64,000 nt of DNA from Eledone cirrhosa (lineage: Eukaryota), in contig OZ024744.1 in the NCBI GenBank assembly GCA_964016885.1, positions 53,258,001 through 53,322,000 on the forward strand. Reading direction: 5' to 3'. Position numbers and translations under genes: made by a program. Within the stretch, counting starts at the first letter, position 1, and each line of letters starts with the position of its first letter. Below the pieces are notes generated by a model that saw nothing but the letters and a program-made list of their open reading frames with translations, searched no databases and was not told where the DNA came from. Positions 55,270-64,000 of the stretch are shown piece after piece.

Positions 55270-58200
55270 TAGAAATAGTCGGGCTGGATACCCGATCGCG
55301 CAGTTAAACCACTGGGAGTGAAGAGCCCCTAGCCCTTGTCAGGGCATTCTTCTAGGAGAAGGCATCTCAGGAAACTGGGTTTACTCCGACATAAAACCTG
55401 TGACTCAGTAGTAACCGATGATGTTGATCTTTTCTTCTTTTCAGGTTATAGCTACTGTCGCTCAGAGAGTGGGATTGGCTCAGTGCACAGTCTTTCCTTA
55501 CATTAAAAATAATCTTCACGCACAGGCATTGCACAATTGCATTAATTAATAATTATTAATAGTGTATTATTATTATTATTATTGTTACTATTATTATTAC
55601 TTTTTTTTTCCCAAAATTCAATGATGTACCAAAACAATATAAAAGAGATAATTGGCAATAAGGGTTCTGGAACAAAAGAGATAATTGGCAATAAGGGCAG
55701 GGGCCCCAGCTTATGACAGCTTGGGCCCGTTCGTCATCGTGCCACTATAATAGAGCCACACAAGGCATTTAGTCTTGCCTGCTGGAACGTACGGACGCTG
55801 CTTGACAGGGATTCCTTGGAACGTCCTGAACGAAGGACCGCTCTTGTTGCAAAGGAGCTTCGATCTTGTAGCTTCATCTTGACATCGTAGCTTTATCAGA
55901 GACGAAGTTAGCTGGAGATGGTCATCTTACAGAATTTTGTGGAGAATATACATTCTTCTGGAAAGGAAGATATGAAGGAACCAGAAGAGAGGCTGAGGTA
56001 GCATTTGGTGTTAAGACAGTTCTTTTGGATAGATTATAAAAATTCACAGTGGGAATTAGTGAGCGTCTTATGTCCATGAGAATTCCGCTGGACAAAGTAA
56101 GATATGCGACCCTGGTGAGTGTGTATGCTCCAACTATAAATACGTTCGATGAAGAAAAAATGTCCTTTTACCATGGCTTGAAAGGTGTTTTAAGAAATAT
56201 CCCTCAGGCAGATAAAGTCATCGTGCTTGGTGACTTTAATGCTAGAGTGGGTAGGGATTTTAACACATTGAATGTAATCGGAAAGCATGGGGTGGGAAAG
56301 TGTAACAACAATGGTATGCTCCTGCTGCAGATGTGTGAGGAGCTGGATCTGTGTGTTACCAACACCATGTTCAAACAAAAGAACAAATTTAAGACTACAT
56401 GGATGCATCCTGCATCTAAGGAATGGCATCTTTTGGACTATGTCCTTGTCAGGATGCGTGACAGACGGGATGTGCAGTGTGTTCGAGTTCTTCGTAGAGC
56501 TGAGTGCTGGACGGATCCCCACCTGGTACGCGCAAAAGTGAAACTAATCACTAAACGTATAATCCGGGCTCCTGGTGTTACGCTGCCCAGAAGATTGAAT
56601 GCTGCTCTCTTGGGGATAAAAATGTGAAGAGGATATTGCAAGAAGAGATGCAGTTTGCAGACCTTGGTGAGGTTGGTCGACCCTTAAAAAGTCAGTTTAT
56701 GATGTAGGTAGGCATGTTCTGGGATTGGTGCAGAGAAAACATCAGGACTGGTTTAATGAGAATGATGTACATATAGAAGACTTGTTGGCAGATATGAGGT
56801 GTGCTCTGTCACGCTACTTGACAGCAAAACCACAGGAGAGGAATAAGTTGCATAAAGAACTCAAGGATGTGAAATCACGTGTTAGGCGGAGTCTTTCTCA
56901 GATGAAGGATCAGTGGTGGAGTGAGAAGGCTGATGAGATACAAGCTGCGTCAGATTCCAATAACACAAAGCTGTTGTACAGTCTCTTGCGTGAAGTTTAT
57001 GGACCGTCTTTTTCTCTGGTGACACCGCTTCGCAGCGAGGATGGCAAAGAACTTCTTCGTGACTCACAAGGAATTCTACGAAGGTGGCGAGAGCACTTTC
57101 ATGAACTTTTGAATCAACCGTCTGTCATCAATGAAGATTTCCTCAATCTCATTCCAGAAAGTCCTGTGAAAGTAGCTCTCGCAGAACCTCCGACGCTTGT
57201 GGAGATTGCAGTAGCTATCTCGAAGCTGAACGGTGGAAGGTCTCCAGGTATGGATGGCATACATGCAGAGCTCCTACAATATGGTGGTGAGAGACTTCTG
57301 CAACATCTTCACTCTTTGTTAAGGAGGATAGGGGCTAATGAATCCGTACCTGAGGACTGGAGAGATGCAGTAATTGTGGTCTTGTACAAGGTAAAGGGTA
57401 ACAGGAATGGTTGTAGGAACTACAGAGGTATATCATTGCTTTCTGTCGTAGGAAAAGTTTTATGTAGGGTGCTTCTGAAACGTCTGCTGACACACATTGC
57501 AGATTGTGTTCTTCCTGAAAGTCAATCTGGTTTTCGTGCTGGACGCGGCCCTACTGATATGATCTTCTCAGCTAGACAGCTCCAGGAGAAGTGCATGGAA
57601 CGAGGTTTGGATCTGTATCAGCTTTTTGTCGATCTGAGAAAAGCTTTCGATACTGTTAACAGAGATGCATTATGGAAGGTTCTCCAGAAACTTGGTTGCC
57701 CTGATAAGTTCCTTGCTTTGGTTAGATCATTCCATGACGACATGAAGGCTTGGGTTAATGTCGGAGGTAACATGTCGGAGCCTATCTCAGTAAAAAATGG
57801 AGTGAAAGAGTGGGATATTCCAGCACCGACCCTGTTTGCCATATACTTTTCAATGGTTTTCTGTATTGCATTCAGGAATTGCGAGCATGGTGTTTACATC
57901 CGATATCGAACTTCAGGCAGCATATTTAACATCAGGCGCTTTGCTGCAAAAACAAAAGTATTTACATCAATCATAAGAGACCTCTTGCATGCAGATGATT
58001 GCGATCTTGTAACACACACATAGAGTGATATGCAGCACATTTTGTATGCCTAGGATTGGCTGTCAGTCTCAAGAAAACCGTCGTCATGTACGAACCTGCC
58101 CCTGATAAACAATACAGTGAAACAAGTATATATGTGTATGGAGTGGTTGATCAGTTTGTCTACCTGGGAAGCACTGTCATTCGATACAGCAACGTTGATA

Positions 58201-59135
58201 ATGAAATTCCACTCAGGATTAGGAAAGAAAGTGATGCCTTCGGAAAGCTAGAAAGATGACTCTGGGGTCGGCGAGACATATGGAAGAAGACAAAGGTAAA
58301 GGTGTACAAGGCATGTGTGCTCTCTTCTCTTCTTTATGCCTGCGAGACCTGGGTGACATATCGAAACCACCTTAAGCAATTGGAACGTTTCCATCAGATG
58401 TGTCTCAGACGGATCCATGGCGTTCACTGGAGGGACCACATCAGTGATGTCGAGATTTTGGAAAGCTCTATGTGTGACAGTATAGAAGCTCTTATGCTTA
58501 AGCAAAGACTCCGTTGGAGTGGTACCTTGCCAGGATGAAGGATTCTAGAATACATAAACAACTCTTTTATGGAGAGTTAGTTAAAGGAAAACCATCTCCA
58601 CATAAACCCCAAAAAGAGGTATAAGGATTCCTTGAAAGCCTCTTTGAAAAACGCTAACATCTCTGCTAATACATGGGAAAATGTTGCTGCTGATCGTAAT
58701 AAATGGAGAAAGACTGTATATGAGGGGAAAGTTTCATTTGAGGCATCTCGGATAGCATACGAGAAAGTAAAGCGGGATGTGAGGAAGGGCATTACTGTTG
58801 AATTTCCAGACGGCGAAGGTCCTTCTATGGCGCTGACATGCAGTGTCTGTGCGAGGGCCTGCCTAAGCAAAGCTGGACTCGAAGGTCATCTTCGCAGTCA
58901 TAAAGCTAGACTAGTGGTTGACTACCAAGCAGGTGTTGGAGATGCTACTCATCATGCTTGCCAAACATGTGGTAGAGAATGTAGATCAGCAGCAGGGCTC
59001 AAGCGACATGCAAAATTACATGAACTCCAACCACAGCCGGCTATTCCCAGTGAATGTTTTGGTTGCCGACTCTGTGCAAGATATTTTAGATAATTGGGTG
59101 GGCTAAAACGCCACATTCGATCGCAGCGCTGTTAA
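55270..59135 (+). mobile_element. RTE-BovB-like LINE, near full length, disrupted, with C-terminal C2H2 fingers
   Basis: LACWNVRTLLD..ERRTALVAKEL, VYAPT, LGDFNARVG, TTWMHP, NYRGISLLS, PESQSGFR, LHADD, LLYACETW, three CxxC..H motifs. Confidence 0.92.
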
Positions 59136-59174
59136 TTGTTATTGTGTATGTGTGTGTGTATGTATGTTTATGTC

Positions 59175-59233
<59 letters not shown>

Positions 59234-60853
59234 TTAATCATACTATTTATGGTTATGCAAATACAAAAACCTTTTGTAGTTATATATATTTTTATAAACC
59301 CTAAATAGTGGTAGGCAGTAATATATTACTACGTTATTACCAGTAAGTTAAATAGCTCAATGTAATAACATCAGATGATTTACAGAGCAGTTATATAAGG
59401 GGCACACCTTATACCACATCCCCACACTCATTGATCTAATATAACACAAATCGGGACATCCCTCTAGAATCCTTCACAGTGGGAATACCCCTTTTGTACT
59501 TCTACTTTAGGTGTGACTACATCCAGTTGCTTGAACTGCACTACACCACTATATAGTTAATGTAAAATTTAAGTATTGAATTGATTGTATTGTTGGTGCT
59601 ATGCGGAGGAAGTGCCATCGTTGGATAAATGGAAGACTAATTAATCTAGAAACGTTGATGAGCTGTACGACCGGTATGCTGAGTGCAGTGAATGTATTGC
59701 AAGTGGCGTATGGGTTGTACATATATGTATGATTTGATGGTCAGATTGGAGACATGAGGAGTGTGGATTGACCTCTGGTCGGCCCTGGTGATCATTATCT
59801 TTCGACATCCATTATAACATGCACTGACCCGGAACTCGCCGGGGATCATTGTGTGTTGAAGTGATTCTGCAATCACCTTGCCTGATTCTTTGAGTAGACT
59901 GCAATCACAGTGATCATTAATTTAGAAATCTCGCTCGTCGTGTATAATATTCATTTGTGGCACTCTACGATGGAGGTTAATCACCATAATAAAAACTTAA
60001 TAGACTACTCTATAGTTAAAACACTTTAAATTTTAGAAATTTTTTAGAAACTGCGCATAATCATATAAGTTAGGGACTATTTTGAGACACAATTTAATAG
60101 TTAGTAATAGAAACCACTGAGTTACCTCCCCTCATGCATTAACTCCCCCTAGCCACACACACTTCCGGGTATATTTCGATGTCGATTCTCGCAACGTAAC
60201 ATCCTCCTGTATTGAGCTAAAGAACATCAGACTACGATTCTCTAACTGGATTGTCAAACGCCCAATATCGAATCGTCGTGGATTATGTGAGGGGCATATA
60301 ATCTGAAAAATACGCTCCCCAGACTATGAAAATGTCGCAGTGTATGAAATCCATATCATCGCTTCGCTACGCATTTACAATATTTTTAATGCTTACATTA
60401 TTTTAAATACTTATATTATTTCTCCACACACAGGCTATAACAATCATATAAAGAATTCATTACCAGATCAACCCTCTTAACACTCTTGATTACCTGCTTA
60501 AGTGCTTCTATTACACGTAACTCTCTGCCATACTATATAAACAAGACGCACGTGCTTGCCCCACATATAACCATTGCACTCTATAACCGCTTAATTTCAT
60601 GTTGTATTTTAACCTGTATTTTTGATTGTATTTTTTAATATGAATGTAATCTGTAAGTGTGTACTGCCACACTAAATGCTGTAATGAATGTTGACCCACA
60701 ATATTTGCATATGTATCTGTATGTCTCTTGGGTGAAAAGGAGGTCATATAAGTGTTCATTCAATAATAAATTGCTCCGAAGAATCCAAACCTCGGTTTGG
60801 AGGAAACAGTTGTAAGGATAAAAATGTTTTGAACAGTTCTTTGATTCTTATAA

Positions 60854-60936
<83 letters not shown>

Positions 60937-60944
60937 ATATTATT

Positions 60945-61570
60945 GTTGTTGTCGACTGAGTCCATTGTGCAGAAGGTCTCGCCGTCTTCCTTCGAGGAGG
61001 AAGGGCAGGCGGTTTTCATATTCCTGGTGGCCATGGAGAAAGAGATTGCGTGGTGGACAAGGTTGAAAGGGTTAAAGATAGACACTTTCCTCTTCGGCGA
61101 ATCCCTAATTAACTTTTTCAAGTTTCACTTGAAGAGGAAAATCAGGGTGGAGAGGCAAGTGCTGCCTTCTAGCAAGTTTGTTGAAAGGTGGGGGAATGTA
61201 GCGAGAATGGTCCGCGTGAACGGGACCGCTCTGAATATACGTCTGTAGTTTGAGAGATAGAAACATTGAGAGAGGGCGCTTGCCCTGGTGATCAGGGTGG
61301 CCGTGGTCTTTTGTGTGGTTTCGCCACGAGTAACCCTCGGTTTCCCCCCTATTGGGGAATTTTTCATTGTTTAAATTTTCATTTTTATTATTTATATATA
61401 TATATTTCTATGTCCTTTTATTATATAAATAATAAAAATATTTACACGCACAAAACCCACATCGTAACGTCCTGTACCGTCCTGTGCCATCTGTAATGTT
61501 TTTCTTGATGTCAGCCCTTGTGGCCAATAAAGAAATCATTATTATTGTTATGATTATTATTATTATTAAT
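60945..61570 (+). mobile_element. 3' fragment of a Tx1-like LINE
   Basis: Homologous to 46212-46710 (EGQAVF..WWTRLKG..FHLKRKIRVER..RW). Ends AATAAAG plus (ATT)n. Confidence 0.8.
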
Positions 61571-61899
61571 ATTATTGGCGACCTACGTAGTAAATCGTAT
61601 CATCGTGAGCTCCGCAAAGGTTTGTTGTTTTCAGTTGTTTAAATTTATGGAAAATTTTTATTGTTAACGGCATATAAGTGCACATACATTGTTTTCTGAA
61701 AAAGACACTCAAAAACATTGGGGCCTTGATGCCAAAATTTAGACTTTTATAATTATTTAAAAAAAAAAAATTCTGTGAAAAATCATGGCCGACTCGCAGC
61801 TGAACCCAGTAGCTGAGAGCGTTCCTCACAAACTAACACCTCACACCGACACCACCATTGTCAATATTACTACGTTTGCCATCACTAAAATTATAAGCA

Positions 61900-64000
61900 G
61901 TACAATATTTTAAAATTGTGTAGGGCAGACATTCATTTCCCGCCACTACCAATGACTGCAGGTGTTGAAGCCGCTACCCCACTACCACCACAGCGACAAC
62001 AGAAACAAAAGAAAAAAATAAACTATCTCGCGATATCGAAATGAATTCACCCAAAATGAACTCTTCCACACCAGAACTGAAACTAAAATTAACAATAACA
62101 AAAATAACGATAACAACAACAGCAACAATGAGAATAAGTAAACCCTATCTTTTGCCAGAGTAGCAAAAAAGTGCGAAGCAATCCAGGTAACTCAGGAGGA
62201 ATTAGAAGAAGCCAAAAGAATGGTAAGGAAAGATGGGTACAGGGTCAGCCCCCCCCCCCCACATACACACCTAATAAAATGCAGCAACGGCGCCTATGCA
62301 CCGTGTCTTATCGAACGATTAACATAACATCGCGCCAAATGGAACAGGAGTCCCAAATACAAAAAGCTTTGGGACATGTGTGGGCAAAAAAACCCACATC
62401 GGACGTGGGCAGAAATATGGAACCGTGGACGTGTTTTTTGAAATACCACAGGAGGCCAGAGAACACTCCACACTCGTCCCAAGCTATTGTGGCCAGAGAC
62501 TCGTGAAGATCAGGGTGATCCACGTTCCACTGGCCATAGAAATTCCCTGGCTAATAGCTGCCGTCCTCGCCGGCATCGAGGCCAACACCAAGATAATCGA
62601 AATAGCGAAAGAAGTGCAGGAGAACTGGTCCGGATCTGGGATGGAGCTCCTGATCCAAGCGGACCAAAAAAGCATTGAGGAGATCCCAGAGGTAATAGAC
62701 CTCACTGACGGTAGCCAGCTCACCGTAATCTTCCATGGCAGAAGGTCTAGTTGTGTCGTTTGTGGTGAAGGAACCCACCTAAGGGTTTTTGCCATCAGGC
62801 TAAAATGTTGAGGCCACTTCTCTTACCCACCCCAGTGACAACAACCCAAATGTTCACACCACCTCCTCACTTGCATCACACAGAAACGTACACGACACTA
62901 AAACCAAAATTCCCAAAAGACATCGGAGACTTCCGACAAGCACTCTCCAGGAGGATTTATAAGGACATCCTTCCAGAGGAGGCCACAAGCAGTGAAAAGG
63001 ATGGACAAACCTTCCTTTCTCTAGGAGAAGTAAGCTAAGTGGTCTTTCCAATCTTTTCCACTCCATTTAAACATGACCTCACTCAGAATAGGCAGCATAA
63101 ACGCCGTGGCTTGGGGTCGTCATGGAAGCAGAGCCACCTGCTCAGCGACCTCAGGTGACTAAACATAGATGTAGTGGCCATCAGCGAGACCAGAATCTCC
63201 GAAGCACGGGCCTTCGAACCGATCTTCGGTGGCTACGATGTGTACGCATCTCCCAGCCGTCCTGGATCGGGGGGAGGAATTGCTGTGCTTTTTTGGAGAG
63301 GTTTGGATCTCGCCATACGGGCCATCTTCTTGGACCCAGAAGGTAAGTTGGTGGTGCCGGACGTGACCAGCGGAGACGGGCAAGCTTTCAGCGTAGTGGC
63401 CGTCTGTGTCCCGACAGGAGCAGGGCGGCCTGATTTCTTCCGGCGTCTGGAGAACTTTCTTGGAACGTGCCGCACTTTAGTGTTAGTGGGCGACTGAAAC
63501 GGGCTCTTAAATGGACGCTAGGACTGTGTGGGATTAGCGGATAGGGGTGGAGGGTGCAAGAGCCTCACCAACCTGCTCAGGCGTTTTGAAGAGTCTGACA
63601 GGTACCGATTTGATTTCCCGAATGTTCCAATGTGGACTTGGACAAATCGCATAGGGTCATCCAGATCATATCTAGATAGAGTATTTTGGGGGAAATAGAT
63701 AGGTCTAACATAGGCTGTCCACAATTCAAGATAGTCAGCTACACGGACCACAAATTCGTGATCTGTGTGCTTGATTTAGATAGGCTTCATAGACGAGGAC
63801 CCTGCTTCTGGAAGCTAAATTCGTCCTTAGCAGCGCGCAAGGCCTACAGAGACGGATTAGCGAACTAGTTAAGCGGGCGTTGACGGGGCCATCGTCAACA
63901 AGTGGTGGTTTGCTCTGAAAAGAGTGATTAGAATAGAGTCCATTAGGTTTAGCAAAGCTTTAGCAATAGAGAAAAATAGAGCAGTTAAAAAATTAAACGA
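61900..64000 (+). mobile_element. 5' part of another Tx1-like LINE (ORF1 remnant and APE domain), runs off the window
   Basis: CVVCGEGTHL knuckle remnant, AISET, GGGIAVL, VLVGD, YTDH, GPCFWKLN; homologous to 49000-49840. The start coordinate is approximate. Confidence 0.8.

Overview
Eukaryotic, AT-rich, repeat-saturated genomic DNA. It is probably from an octopus-like cephalopod, inferred from the dominant tRNA-headed SINE and the huge (TA)n/(CA)n arrays. No host gene is supportable. The window holds a ~7.9 kb decayed Helitron with both termini, several Penelope-like retroelements (PLEs; Neptune-like and Naiad-like, with partial-tandem and inverted pseudo-LTRs), two RTE-type LINEs, Tx1/L1-type LINEs, two Chapaev3-like transposase remnants, MITEs and more than 10 SINEs. 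The signal that the ORF track does not explain is RNA-level: about 20 type I hammerhead ribozyme (HHR) motifs from about 10 unrelated sequence families. They sit in PLE pseudo-LTRs, in long fold-back/palindromic non-coding elements, and in 0.4-0.55 kb non-coding units with terminal direct repeats that resemble retrozymes. Several show core variants, including a compensatory U3-A8 pair. All HHR calls were read by eye and need covariance-model and cleavage tests.
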